The notes under the pieces were generated by a model. It saw nothing but the letters and a program-made list of their open reading frames with translations. It was not told the origin of the DNA and did not search any database. From positions 57,412,001 to 57,476,000 of the forward strand of contig NC_135655.1 of assembly GCF_964188315.1 (NCBI RefSeq): a stretch of DNA of 64,000 nucleotides, read 5' to 3'. The stretch is from Podarcis muralis. Its lineage: Eukaryota. The position numbers and the translations under genes were made by a program. Below, piece after piece: positions 35,681-48,500 of this stretch (its first letter is position 1; the number at the start of each line of letters is the position of its first letter).

Positions 35681-38602
35681 GTGGGGGAGGGAGACAGTGC
35701 TCCTGAAGGTAGGAGTCTATCAATTGATGAAGATGATCATCCAAATGTCATAGACCGAATGGAGCAAAGAGCATGCAGACCTAGTGGTGGGAGGAGAAAA
35801 TCCTTAAATAAGAGACACGGGGGAATGATTAATGGACTTCAATGTCTGTACACTAATGCGCAAAGCATGGGAAATAAACAAGATGAGCTTGAGCTCCTGG
35901 TACAGCAAACTAAATATGACATAATAGGAATCACTGAAACCTGGTGGGATAAATCCCACGATTGGAATGTAATAATGGAGGGATACAATCTATTTCAAAG
36001 AAACAGACCAGACAAGAAAGGAGGAGGAGTGGCGTTATATGTCAGGGATGTGTATACCTGTGAAGAGATCCAAGATTTAGAACCTCAAAGCCAAAGTGAG
36101 AGCATTTGGGTGAAAATTAAGGGAGAGAAGAATAACAGTGACCTCATTGTGGGAGTTTACTATAGATCCCCAAGCCAAACGGAGGACATAGATGATGCCT
36201 TCCTGGAACAGATGGCCAAGCATGCAAAAGGAAGGGAGATAGTAGTAATGGGGGACTTCAATTACCCTGATATTTGTTGGATGTCAAACTCAGCCAAGAG
36301 CATAAGGTCAAACAGATTCCTCACTGCCCTTGCAGACAACTTCATTGTCCAGAAAGTGGGAGAAGCAACAAGAGGAACAGCCATTTTAGATCTGGTCCTA
36401 ACCAATGTTGATGACCTGGTTAGTGGGGTAGAAGTGGAAGGATCATTAGGCGCGAGTGATCATGCTCTTCTGAAGTTTACTATACAGCGGAAAGGAGCAG
36501 CCAAGCATACTAGGACTCAATTTCTCGACTTTAAGAAAGCCGACTTCATAAAGCTTAGGGAAGTGCTGGGTGAGATCCCATGGACAGTAATACTAAAAGG
36601 AAAGGGAGTTCAAGATGGCTGGGAGTTTGTTAAGAGGGAGATAGTAAAAGCACAACTTCAGGCAATACCAATGAGACGGAAACATGGAAGGTGCCTAAAG
36701 AAGCCAGGGTGGCTATCTAAAGAACTTTTAACTGAGTTAAGATTAAAAAAGGATGTGTACAAAAAATGGAAAAGGGGGGAAACCACCAAAGAGGAATTCA
36801 AACAAATAGCCAGCACGTGTAGACACAAAGTCAGAAAAGCTAAAGCACAAAATGAACTCAGGATTGCTAGAGAGGTTAAAAGCAACAAAAAAGGCTTTTA
36901 TGGGTATGTTCGTAGCAAAAGGAAGAACAAAGAAACCGTGGGGTCACTCAGAGGAGAAGATGGTGAAATGCAAACAGGGGACACAGAAAGGGCTGAACTC
37001 CTCAATGCTTTCTTTGCCTCAGTCTTCTCCGATAAAGAAAACAATGCCCGACCTGAAGAATTTGGAGCAAATGATTCAGCAGAGGAAACACAACCCAGAA
37101 TAACTAAGGAGATAGTACAAGAATACTTGGCTAGTCTAGATGTATTCAAGTCTCCAGGGCCAGATGAACTGCATCCAAGAGTATTAAAAGAACTGGCAGA
37201 TGTGATTTCAGAACCACTGGCAGTCATCTTTGAGAATTCCTGGAGAACAGGCGAAGTCCCCGCAGACTGGAGGAGGGCAAATGTTGTCCCTATTTTCAAA
37301 AAGGGGAAAAGAGAGGACCCAAATAATTACCGCCCAGTCAGTCTGACATCAATACCAGGGAAGATTCTGGAGCAGATCATTAAGCAAACAGTCTGTGAGC
37401 ACCTAGAAAGGAATGCTGTGATCACCAATAGTCAGCATGGATTTCTGAAAAATAAGTCATGTCAGACTAACCTGATCTCGTTTTTTGACAGAATTACAAG
37501 CCTGGTAGATGAAGGGAACGCAGTGGATGTAGTCTACCTTGATTTCAGCAAGGCATTTGACAAGGTGCCCCATGATATTCTTGTAAAGAAGCTGGTAAAA
37601 TGCGGTCTTGACTATGCTACCACTCAGTGGATTTGTAACTGGCTGACTGACCGAACCCAAAGGGTGCTCATCAATGGTTCCTCTTCATCCTGGAGAAGAG
37701 TGACTAGTGGGGTGCCACAGGGTTCTGTCTTGGGCCCGGTCTTATTCAACATCTTTATCAACGACTTGGATGATGGACTCAAGGGCATCCTGATCAAATT
37801 TGCAGATGACACCAAACTGGGAGGGGTGACTAACACCCCAGAGGACAGGATCACACTTCAAAACGACCTTGACAGATTAGAGAACTGGGCCAAAACAAAC
37901 AAGATGAATTTTAACAGGGAGAAATGTAAAGTATTGCACTTGCGCAAAAAAAATGAGAGGCACAAATACAAGATGGGGGACACCTGGCTTGAGAGCAGTA
38001 CATGTGAAAAGGATCTAGGAGTCTTGGTTGACCACAAACTTGACATGAGCCAACAATGTGACGCGGCAGCTAAAAAAGCCAATGCAATTCTGGGCCTCAT
38101 CAATAGGAGTATAGCATCTAGATCAAGGGAAGTAATAGTGCCACTGTATTCTGCTCTGGTCAGACCTCACCTGGAGTACTGTGTCCAGTTCTGGGCACCA
38201 CAGTTCAAGAAGGACACTGACAAACTCGAACGTATCCAGAGGAGGGCAACCAAAATGGTCAAAGGCCTGGAAACGATGCCTTATGAGGAACGGCTAAGGG
38301 AGCTGGGCATGTTTAGCCTGGAGAAGAGGAGGTTACGGGGTGATATGATAGCCATGTACAAATATATAAAAGGATGTCACATAGAGGAGGGAGAAAGGCT
38401 GTTTTCTGCTGCTCCAGAGAAGCGGACACGGAGCAATGGATCCAAACTACAAGAAAGAAGATTCCACCTAAACATTAGGAAGAACTTCCTGACAGTAAGA
38501 GCTGTTCGACAGTGGAATTTGCTGCCAAGGAGTGTGGTGGAGTCTCCTTCTTTGGAGGTCTTTAAGCAGAGGCTTGACAACCATATGTCAGGAGTGCTCT
38601 GA
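35681..38602 (+). CDS. CR1 ORF2p (apurinic-type endonuclease + reverse transcriptase), 973 aa from GTG; frame open from 35576
   Basis: EN motifs YTNAQS, GITETWW, MGDFN, LDL, SDH; RT motifs [35 protein letters not shown]; no stops or frameshifts. Confidence 0.97.
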   Translation: MGEGDSAPEGRSLSIDEDDHPNVIDRMEQRACRPSGGRRKSLNKRHGGMINGLQCLYTNAQSMGNKQDELELLVQQTKYDIIGITETWWDKSHDWNVIMEGYNLFQRNRPDKKGGGVALYVRDVYTCEEIQDLEPQSQSESIWVKIKGEKNNSDLIVGVYYRSPSQTEDIDDAFLEQMAKHAKGREIVVMGDFNYPDICWMSNSAKSIRSNRFLTALADNFIVQKVGEATRGTAILDLVLTNVDDLVSGVEVEGSLGASDHALLKFTIQRKGAAKHTRTQFLDFKKADFIKLREVLGEIPWTVILKGKGVQDGWEFVKREIVKAQLQAIPMRRKHGRCLKKPGWLSKELLTELRLKKDVYKKWKRGETTKEEFKQIASTCRHKVRKAKAQNELRIAREVKSNKKGFYGYVRSKRKNKETVGSLRGEDGEMQTGDTERAELLNAFFASVFSDKENNARPEEFGANDSAEETQPRITKEIVQEYLASLDVFKSPGPDELHPRVLKELADVISEPLAVIFENSWRTGEVPADWRRANVVPIFKKGKREDPNNYRPVSLTSIPGKILEQIIKQTVCEHLERNAVITNSQHGFLKNKSCQTNLISFFDRITSLVDEGNAVDVVYLDFSKAFDKVPHDILVKKLVKCGLDYATTQWICNWLTDRTQRVLINGSSSSWRRVTSGVPQGSVLGPVLFNIFINDLDDGLKGILIKFADDTKLGGVTNTPEDRITLQNDLDRLENWAKTNKMNFNREKCKVLHLRKKNERHKYKMGDTWLESSTCEKDLGVLVDHKLDMSQQCDAAAKKANAILGLINRSIASRSREVIVPLYSALVRPHLEYCVQFWAPQFKKDTDKLERIQRRATKMVKGLETMPYEERLRELGMFSLEKRRLRGDMIAMYKYIKGCHIEEGERLFSAAPEKRTRSNGSKLQERRFHLNIRKNFLTVRAVRQWNLLPRSVVESPSLEVFKQRLDNHMSGVL

Positions 38603-38678
38603 TGGTGTTTCCTGCTTGGCAGGGGGTTGGACTCGATGGCCCTTGTGGTCTCTTCCAACTCTATGATTCTATGATTCT

Positions 38679-38795
38679 ATGCTTTCGAACTGCTAGGTGG
38701 GCAGGAGCAGGGACCGAGGAACGGGAGCTCACCCCGCGGGGATTCGAACCGCCGACCTTCTGATCAAGTCCTAGGCTCTGTGGTTTAACCCACAG
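38679..38795 (-). mobile_element. Sauria SINE 5' portion (interrupted by CR1)
   Basis: Resumes exactly where the left part stops: GCTTTCGAACTGCTAGG...GGATTCGAACC...TTTAACCCACAG. Confidence 0.9.
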
Positions 38796-38949
38796 TCTAA
38801 TTACTCTTAATTCTCAAAGGCCTTTAAGTTGGAAAAAGTCCTTTCCTCTGCCTGTCCTGAATCGTCTTAACATTCAGCTGGCCATGAGTTCTAGCCTTAG
38901 GAGGGAGAAAACCTTTTTTCTGTATCGACTTCCTTCGCACTTTTAAGCA

Positions 38950-39950
38950 AATTAAAACCCCACCGTGCTGCCTCTCCCTCGCCTTTTCCCTGAACTAAAA
39001 AGTCCCCAATGCTGCAGCCTTCCTCAAAGGGGAGCCGCTCCATCCCCTTGTTGGCTCGGGTGGCCTTTCTCCGCTCCCCAACTCGACAATATCCTTTTTG
39101 AGGGGAGGCAACAATGCCTGCGGTTTTATTCCCAAGCTCAATTTGCCACCCAGACGACGACGACGACGACCCCCTCAAGGCCTCGCTCCAGGCCGAGCCC
39201 GCTCCGCCCCGCCCTCTTGTCGCTTTCCCCTCTCGCTCGCTCCCATCATTGAAACACTTATATTTCGCTGCTTCGGCCGCTCTCCGCATTGCCGCAGACC
39301 AGCCTCGCCGCGCGGGAGGCGGAGCGTCCTGGTGCCCGAGAAGAAGCGGCGCGAGGGAAACCGGCGGGCCAGGATTTTGCTGCAGAGGGATTGCGGCGGA
39401 GCGTCGAGCTGCGGGCAGGAGGGTGAGCGGCGGGCCGGGCACTTGGCGCGCGAAGGGCTGGTTTCGAGGGCTTGCCCTCCGTTTCCCCCCTCAGGATTCG
39501 TCATTTAATCGCTTTAATCCCGCTTGGAAGGTGGGGAAGGGATACCCCCAGAGCAGGCGGGGCAACTCGCTGGGTCTCCGGAGAGGATAGGGATAGGGGC
39601 GAAATGAGCCTAGACTAAGCAGGTTGCATTTAGGGGTTAATTTTGCGGGGAAGGGTAGGAGACCAGGGAGCAGAAAGCATCCTCTCCAACTAGGGTTGGG
39701 AGAGACCTCCCTTCCCCAAAGGCTGGGGAACTGCTGCCGGCCAGAGTAGGCAATACTGATCTAGATGGGCGGGGTAAGGCAGCTTCGATTGCTCTGCCGG
39801 GCGGAGTGCCTGGTAAATCGCGGTGGTAGGTGGAGGGTCGGAATTCGCAACGGGATATATGGTGCGTGTGGCGGGCGGGCGGGGGGCGTTGGGTGTGCAT
39901 CGACTACATTGGGCTCCCGTACTTTCTGCTGTGTCCGTTCAGAAAAGGGG
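38950..39950 (+). promoter_or_regulatory. CpG island; probable promoter and non-coding exon 1 of the first CD59-like gene
   Basis: CpG-dense, GC boxes (CCGCCCCGCCC at about 39205), donor-like GG|GTGAGC at 39422/39423. Link to the coding exon at 42888 is inferred. Confidence 0.6.
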
Positions 39951-40786
39951 ATTCCATTCAGTGGGTGCAGCTTTCCTAACCTTTGCCTCCCCATTGGCAT
40001 GAGAAGGCGACCCTACCAAACAGCCCCGCCCCAAAGCGCCCTTCCTGTCGTCCGAGACCGTCCTAACTAGGGTCTGTCCTCTTGCTGCTTTCTGCGGGTC
40101 TCAAAGAGAATTATCTCGGGATCGTGGAAGGAGCACGTATCTAAGACTGCAGAGGCAGTGCTGAGAGATAAAAGATGCTCTGCCTCCATCAAACCCCTGG
40201 TTCTGGTCCCCTTTCCCATGATCTAAGGTCACCTGATACATTGCTGCTCCCCAATAATTCTAGCTTTGGTAACGTGCCAAATTAGGATCTTGTATGTCTT
40301 TAAATACCCCCTCTTCTCTGTTTAGTATGGTGGTGCTGTATAGTGATAGGAACTGCAGGGAGCTGGCCAAAGTTAATCAAGGCACTTCATGTTTTCTTCC
40401 TGTTAACTCATTGCTTTTCCTAGTGTGAAAGAGTGGGTCGTTTTCTCTGAGAACATAAAATATCACTGAAACATAAAGTAATGGAATCTCCTAGAGCCAT
40501 TGCTCTTCGTGAGCCAAACTGTGTGTATGTTTTTAGCATGTTAGAAGGCAGAATTCCCAGCCCAAAATTTTGGTGTTCCAAGTGGGAGTTGGCAGTAGTC
40601 TGTAAAATTAGTTTAAAATAACAACAACAAGCCTGCAGCTGTATCCACCCACATGGCATGTTTAAGCTGAGGACTTTGGCTGAGAGGGTATGTGTGATAT
40701 GTTACAGCCCTGCTATATAGTCCACTTTATTTTAGAAAATATAGTACAAATTTTATACTATTCAAAATTCAATACTGTATTCACAG

Positions 40787-40860
40787 AAACATAGTAATCT
40801 AGAGTTGGAAGGGAACCCAAGAGTCATCTAGTCAACCCCCCCCCCTAGTGCCGGAATCCT
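40787..40860 (-). mobile_element. CR1-type 3' end fragment
   Basis: AGAGTTGGAAGGGAACCCAAGAGTCATCTAGTC matches the reverse complement of a CR1 3' UTR. Confidence 0.65.
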
Positions 40861-41559
40861 ATCTAAATCAGTCATATGTTGAAGGCAGATTAATACTGGC
40901 ATCTGAAAAGATCTGTATAAGGTGCCAAATGAATATCTACCCTCAGGTTTGCAGCAGCAGCAGCAGCTAGTAACATCTGGATCTCCAAAGCATCCAGCGT
41001 CTTCAGTACTGATAGAAGTTCATTCAGAATATTTTCGTAGCTGTCCTTTCTTTCCATCAGGTTGTTAAAAAATTTTTTGGACCGCCTCACCTTTCAAAAC
41101 GAGAGCATTAGCAAACCAAAATACAGAAGGCATTTTTAAAAATGAAGTCTAGGACTACTTTATTGCATATGCTTCTAAAAAGGGAATATAATTGTCAGCC
41201 ACCATCAACACATGGAATGTTGTGGAAGGATACATTGCGAGGAACTCAAGGTGAAGCAGAAGGGCTGGACACTTGACTTGACACCATGTTCACATCACTG
41301 CTTGGATTACAGGGCAGTTGATAACACTGCATATTGTACTTACACTCTTATTTGTTTTGGTTCGCTTACTTGTTCAGTTAAATAATTAACAATAAAAATG
41401 GAACAGCAACAAACAACAACAACAAATCACAAGTCTGTACACTTGGCCATCTTCACAGTGGAAACGGACCAAAAACCTTTTAGAGAGCATACTCAAAGTG
41501 CCTGCCATTTCAGTACCACCAATCCCTCAATGTATTATTCTGAAACTGCAAGGGTACAA

Positions 41560-41800
41560 GTGCTCTGGAGGTCAGAACCCAAACCAATGGATCCAAATGA
41601 CATCAGGAAGAACTTTCTGACATTAAAAGCTGTCAACAGTGCAACAGACTCCTTCAGAAGGCGGTAGATTCTCCTTTGCTGGAGGTTTTTAAGGCAGGAT
41701 TCGATGGCTATCTTTCAGTGATTCCTGCATTGCAAGAGATTGGACTAGATGACCCTCAGGGTCCCTTCCAACTCTACACTTCCACAATTCTATGATTCTA
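41560..41800 (+). mobile_element. Older 5'-truncated CR1 (ORF2 end + 3' UTR + ATTCTATG tail)
   Basis: AATGGATCCAAA...AGGAAGAACTTTCTGACA...GGAGGTTTTTAAG...TTCCAACTCTAC...ATTCTATGATTCTA aligns by eye with about 38435-38680. Confidence 0.85.
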
Positions 41801-42887
41801 AGTACTGTATTGTAAAATACAAACCTGGAAAAGGGATCTTGATTGCAGACCTCCATTATCCAACTTAATCAAAAGACGGGATGCTTAAGAGGAGACGTAC
41901 CAAGAGAACAAGTGCACATCTGTGACAACAACCCACATTTTGAAGAGTTAAATGCTTGTAAACTAGATCTGAAACAGATGGCTGGGTGGCTATTTGATGG
42001 AGAAGCTGTAAACCTCTCAGGAAGACATGATGGATACAATATTTTCTCTTTGAAACCCTCCCTACTCTCTCCTATACCCACTGCAGGGCCATCTACTGCA
42101 TGTAATGGTAGTGTGAAATGTATAATCTTCAAAATACACTTTAAAAGCAATGCATATAGTGTCTGTGTTATACGTTTTCAGCAGAAATGTGGATTGTATG
42201 AACAAACAGAAGATGTTTGGGAGCTGAAGTTTGGAACAGTCCATCTTGCTGGTTTCTCTGGCTGTTGTCTTAAAATTATTGCCACTATTACCATTGACCT
42301 TGAATTATTAAACTGCCAGCCAACCATTTTTCTCCTCTCTGTCTCTTTCTGCAGTTCTCCTTTCCTATTTCTCTTTTCAAGCTGACTCAATATTTTTGGT
42401 TGCTGAGCATACTCAGTTCTTCTTGGGCTGGGCTGGGCTTGGGTTGTTTCCCCCCTATTAGGTTTCCTTTTAAAAATATTTTTTGAAAATGTTTCTCCAA
42501 ACCTCCTACAGGGACCCCAGAGCATGCTGCTACCTGCTTCTTTTCCAGTGCAGCCTAAAAGCAAATAAATAAATAGTAAAATCTTACTAAAATGTGTAAC
42601 ATAATTTTATTTGAAAACAGCACCATTATCAAACTAGAGTTCCTGGAAAGCTATGGAAGCTATGACTGTTAAAGCTGATGTAACAGTTGGAAGGGAGGGG
42701 TGTATTAGTGTAAAAAAAAATGTAAGAAGGTAACTTTGTTCATTTGCGTCCTTGTCAAGACTAAGTTGATTTTCTCTCTCCTAGAGGCTAATAACAGCTT
42801 TGGATGGGAGGCTTTGACTAGAGCAAACAAATTATGGGCATGGTCCCAGTCTCATGTGTGTTTCTCTTTTTAGACTTCAGGGGAGCC

Positions 42888-45514
42888 ATGGACAAAATGA
42901 ACAACATTCTGCTTACAATATTCATTATTGTAACTGTGTCCTGCAGTTCTGGTAGGTATCCGCCTTGAAGCTCCTTGAAGGGAGTGGCTCAGTGATGGAA
43001 ATTTGATGGAAACCTATAGAAAGTTTTCAGCTTCTATTGTATCTGTTCAAGTGCTGTACAGAGTACTGCAACTGATGTGAACATAGCAGTTGTCATACAG
43101 TTAACCAGAAGGGATTTTAAAGCCTGAGAAGAGAAGATGGGGAATGGTCCTGAACAACACACAACCTAGCAAGCATTCCGTGCAGTCCTTTGGTGGAGGT
43201 GTCCACCAAATGCTGTAATTGTTTTGTTGGTAAACTTTGAATTATTATTTTGTATTTAATGCACAGCCTAGAAAACACAGCAGGTTAGTCAGCACAAACA
43301 TAATAAATAGTGATGTGGTAGTGACCTATCAGGTGCTTAACACATATGCTTGGGTTTACAGGCACCAAAAATGGGAAATTTGCTTAGTTCCATCATACAT
43401 GGCAGGTGAGTTTCTTTGATGTAGTCAGTCAGGAATCAGCATGGCAGGGACAGGGAACCCATAGCTCTCCAGCTGCTTTTGGACTCCAACTCCCATCTTC
43501 GCTGACCATTGGGCTATGCTGCCTAGGGCTGATAGGAGCTGGAGTTGAACAGCATCTGGAGGCTATAGGTTCTCTGTCCCTGGAAGAGGGTTTCCACAGC
43601 AATTAGTGGAAACAGGTAGAGTTGGATGGCAGTTGAGGCCAAATGTTCCACCATATCTGCCTGGATATTCTACATAATGAATAATTTGTTTTTAGATGTC
43701 AAACTACTATTGTCTAATTCATAATGCAGATGCACTTAAGCCTATTGATTTCTTTAGACTGAACTCTCACCAGGAGCCAAAAGCTGCCCAGTTCAATCCT
43801 TTGTCCAGTAGGGGGCTCTTCCTCTCTATTTGTCCTCATTACCTACTACTGTGTCAAAGTGATCAAACTTGGACAGGAGAGAAGATTTCCTTGAGTTCTT
43901 TGGTTATTAGTTGAATCCTAGATCAATTAAAAAAAAAAAAACCCTGCCTTTAAAAATGTCCTATGTAAGGTCCATGAAAACAAAAAGTATTTTACACTTT
44001 ATTATTAGAGACGGTAAAGCAACAACAAAAGCAAAAATGAAACTTTTGGCGTAGTGATCAAAGCAGTGATGTATCATGAGTTTTCCTTTTACCAAAAATT
44101 GAATTGGGTTCTGAAGCGACCGCTACTCAGGTGAGCTGGAGGTCCCCAAATCTTACTCTAGCCACAAACAATTTGGGAAAGATGCCATACTCTCTCCTTT
44201 CCTCCTCCAATATTCATTATGATGTGAGTAATCATATTGGCCTAATGTTTGTTTACTGTGGCAGTGTACATAAAATACTTTAGATATAGATCGTGCTATA
44301 TAGATATTTCGTTAGTTTAACAAAATCTCCCTTTGTATCTCAGGCTATGCACTCCGATGTTACACTTGCGAACAAAGCCCCTTCCTGTGTAGGACAAACC
44401 TCACCTGTAGCTATGAAGAAGATGCTTGCTTGCAAATTAGGTTTGGTATGTATAATATGCAGCAGTATATCAGTCTCACTCTTGGTTTGAGTGTCTCTTG
44501 CAGCACAATCCTATACTACTAACAAGCCCTTTCTGAACATTTTCCAACTCTATCTGCTTTTTGAGATGAGGCAATCTGTACTGTACTGAAGTATGCAAAG
44601 TGCAGCCGCACCATAGATTTGCATAGTGGCATTATATGAGAAGTCCTTTTCTCAGAAAGCCCATTTCATACAATCATCCTTTGGGGCCCAGTTTGCTGCA
44701 TCCCTTAGCTTGAGGCAGGTTTTCTCAACCTCGGCCCTCCAGATGTTTTGAGACTACAATTCCCAGCATCTCGGGCCACTGGTCCTGCTAGCTAGGGATC
44801 ATGGGAGTTGTAGGCCAAAAACATCTGGAGGGCCGAGGTTGAGGAAGCCTGGCTTAAGGTTATATTATATTTTTACATATCTGCTTCTTTCTTTTGTATA
44901 ATTTAATTCCAATGTTTAGGGTTTCTTTCTTTTTTTAAAGAAGTGGTTTGTTTTTGAGACTGAGTAGAAGCTAGGAGTGGCATGAGAATTTGATGTAGAT
45001 GATTTATCTGCTTTACATGGGATGAGGGCAAAAGCTATGTAGTGCACTAAAGCAGCCCCTTCTGTGAACAGGAGTCCTTCTGTTCACAAAAGAGCAAAGT
45101 ACTGAGACATTTGGTTATTTGGTTATTTTTTTAAAAGCTTCCATATTTACCATATAAACCATATTATAAGTTATGGGATCCTTATAAAGTTATCAAATCA
45201 GCAGCTTTTGTTAAGCATTGGTTTAAAAAAAAAATTCAACAGAAAGCAAACGTATTTTAAGCTGTCAAGTTTTCAATTGCTTATTTTGGGGTGTCATTTT
45301 TCTTTTTTCTTTTTTTACAGTGCATTTGAGAACCTATAGCTGCTGGAAAATGTCACAGTGTACCACAGAACAAGTTGCCAATTACTTTAACGCTGACAGT
45401 TTTAGATTCCTTTGTTGCCAAAGAGACCTCTGCAACAAAAGTTTAAACACCATGGTCAGTACAGTTCCTCTAGCCATTTCTGCAATGACTGTGATTTGGA
45501 TGATGTTCCTGTGA
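42888..45514 (+). CDS. CD59: CD59-like glycoprotein, copy A (Ly6/uPAR fold, GPI-anchored): exons 42888-42951, 44344-44445, 45321-45514; 119 aa
   Basis: MDKMNNILLTIFIIVTVSCSSGYA-LRCYTCEQSPFLCRTNLTCSYEEDACLQIRFVHLRTYSCWKMSQCTTEQVANYFNADSFRFLCCQRDLCN-KSLNTMVSTVPLAISAMTVIWMMFL. Signal peptide, 10 Cys at the human CD59 positions (3,6,13,19,26,39,45,63,64,69), D24 and W40 retained, hydrophobic tail, phase-1 introns, syntenic after FBXO3. AATAAA at 45735. Confidence 0.92.
44716..44851. mobile_element. hAT-type palindromic MITE in CD59-A intron; degenerate relatives at about 9860-9965, 32213-32280, 43445-43585, 47443-47575, 48065-48180, 48355-48490, 55962-56078
   Basis: About 33-bp TIRs (CAGGT/CTT..CTCAACCTCGGCCCTCCAGATGTTTT) and 8-bp TSD GCTTGAGG/GCTTAAGG. 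Confidence 0.85.
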
Positions 45515-48500
45515 TATGGAGGTTTTAAAAAATGTGTTGTCTATACACATCACACTTTCCCATCCTTTTTTTAGTTGATATGTCTGCAGCATTTGGAGAA
45601 GGGGTGCATTGTCTTAAACCAGAAAAGTATTCAGATACACAAAAGAGAAGGAGCTGCCAGGACAGGTTAAAATCCCCTTTTCAGATAACTTGGAAAACAG
45701 GAAAACACTCCTGAATGAGAGAAAACCATTCTGTAATAAAATGTTCTCAGCCAGTGCATTCTGATGTCCTTTAGCAACTGAGCCACCTCCATGATTCTTA
45801 GGGCTGGTCAACAGCCGGCGGGCTTAGGCTGCTTTAACCTCTTCCAGATGACAGTTCTTATGTAGAAACAAACACATTCTTTCTTAGCTATCTGGAATCT
45901 TTCATATCCAACACTTGCAGAGATGAAAAGAGAACTGTATGCAAAGAGCCATCTACTTAATGGACCTAATATGTAAATCATCCCTATTTGTACGGCACAT
46001 TACATTTCTAGGTGCTTGGTGGCAGAGCAGAGGAATTCCCAATAAAATCAAAATTAAGTCGGCAAGAAAAAAATTGACACCAAGACATGACGCTTACTGG
46101 GCTTAGACTAGCATCCAAACCCCCTTGGCATCAGGCTGGGGAAGGTTCAAACTGGGCAGCAGTGTCTCTCTGCCTAGCCCTGCCAGTGATTCCAGAGTCC
46201 CTCTGCTGGTGCAGAGCTTTCCATTCTGCCTGCTGAATGGGTGGGCAGAAGTATTATTGGTGGGATCCTCACCAGTGGTAAGCCACAGTAAGTCCCAAAA
46301 TTGGGCATTCTGGGAGGAGTGAAGCCAACTGGGATCCCATGCAAGTCCTGCTGCTGTCATTTGACGGCATCGGGCCCAATCTGGGTCTGCTTGCTGCTTC
46401 CGTCTGGCACGCAGCAATTTGCCTCCCCCCCCCCTCCACCTTGACAGGGCAATGGATGCCATGGTGGCTCTGCCAGTCCTTCTCAGTCCATTGCTGCCCT
46501 CTCAGCCTCTTTATCTTGCCCTCAGGACTCTCCCTGTCCTTACTCCATGCCTTCCTCAAAGCTGGAATGGGTCCTTAACCTATGATAATGCCTCCTGCTT
46601 CCTTCGATGGAAATGATGCACATAGAAGCCTGCCCTATAAAGAAAAGGGTTGTGTCTACTGATCACTTTGGTCTCTAGCCCTGCTCACCATTGACATGCT
46701 GTCCCTGGAAGGAGAAAATTCAGCCCTTGGTCCATGGGCATAGCCGGATTTTTGTTAGGAGGGGCAGGCCTTTTGTTGGAGGAGGCAGAACCTCAGTTAG
46801 CTATGTATTTTTATAGATTATGGGGGGCAGCTGCCCCTCTTGGCTGAAAAGAACATGCCATGACCCTTTCTTAGACTGTAAGTCAACGAGATTCACAGGC
46901 AGCTAGTGTTGGTGACAATGTTGTTGGTACTGTAGTTTGATTTGGTCAAAGTCTTATATAAACATCTGGAGTGGTGGTGAGTAATCTGCCTCTGCTCAGC
47001 TTTAAAATGCTAAAACGCTGCAGCAAAATGCTTGTATCATTGTTTCATTTGCAGAAGTCTTGCTGATAAACGTGTAGTAGCCTATATCTGCTGTTTGAGC
47101 GCTTACTTCCTGATCCTTATAGCACACTTACATGCAATTCCCTCATAAAGCAATGAAGCTTACCTTCAGGAAGTGCATTTAGAACTGCAGTCTAATGACA
47201 TTTCAACTTTGAGTTTAGTGTGAAGACTTTGTCCAATGAGGGGAGGCTCTTTATACTGTAATCAGATGTGAAACGCATTAGCCTACTATTAGCTGGTATA
47301 TATGACAGCCTATAGTTATTACTCTTTCTATAGTCATTCAAAAAACAATGCACTTCTTGCCATGTTTTTTAAACTGCCAATATACTACTAGCATTGCAAT
47401 AAATTCATTTACTGTGAATAATGCTTATATACTATGTATATAGCAAGGGTGGTGAATCTGTGGCCCTCTGATGTTGTTGAATTCTGATTCCCATTAGTCC
47501 TGACCACTGGCCATGCTTGTTGGGACTTATGGTGTAACAACTTCAGGGCAGCCACAGGTTCTTGATCCCTGCTATAAAGAGCACACTGGCTTTGTTTACA
47601 ATTACACCCATTGAATAGACAGTAGCTAATTTTTAGAATTCCTCTTTCTTCTGCAATAGTCTTCCATGCATTGGTCTTCCATGTTATTCTTGTGTGTGTG
47701 TGTGTATCCTTTCAGGTGGTAATGGGCTAGTTGTGGGGACAAAAAGCTCTCTCTCCCCACCCAAAAACTTTAGTTGCTGTTAACTTTCACTCCAGGATAG
47801 CACACATCTAATTTTCAGCCATTGTACGCAGATAGTGCCACATTTTCCATATATACACGATACATGTTTCATCAACATGGATTTGTTAAACAAAGTGTTC
47901 AATCACTTGGAACATGACTGGTGATGGTTATTTTTTAAAACAACAATTATAAAACAGTAAATAAAACACACTTCTGTGTAATGTGTGGTTGTTTGGAAAT
48001 TAGGAACATAAGAAGCTGCCTTCTATGCAGCCTTGGCAATGGTCTATATAGCTTGGTACCAACTTCCCCCAACCTGAGGCCATCCAAATGTTTTAGATTA
48101 CAACTCTTGTCAGTCCCATACAGCCCAGGCAAAATTCAGAAATGATGGGTGATCCAAAACATCTGGATGGACCAGGTTGGGAAAGGCTGGTTTATACTAA
48201 CTGGCAAGGGAATTTCAGACAGGGCCTCTTTCCAGCCCTTCCTGGAGATTCCAGGGGTGACACCTTCTGTGTGCAAAACAGATGTTATACCAATGCTATG
48301 TTCATACCAAAGCTGTGTCCCCTTTCCAAGTTGTGTTGCATTGAAGCAATAGCCAAGATCAGGGGTAGACAATGTGATGTCCTTTGCTTGATAAGGACCC
48401 CAAGCTCCCATCATCCCTGACCAATGGACATGCTGGCTGGGAATTGCCGTCCAAAACATCTGGCTGGCACCACATTGGCTACCCTTCTCCAAGACTCTTG

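Larger units (their letters stand above)
33878..38678 (+). mobile_element. Full-length, apparently intact CR1 LINE
   Basis: 5' monomer array, ORF1, ORF2, 3' UTR ending in (ATTCTATG)n; TSD ATGCTTT at 33871-33877 and 38679-38685. Confidence 0.97.
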
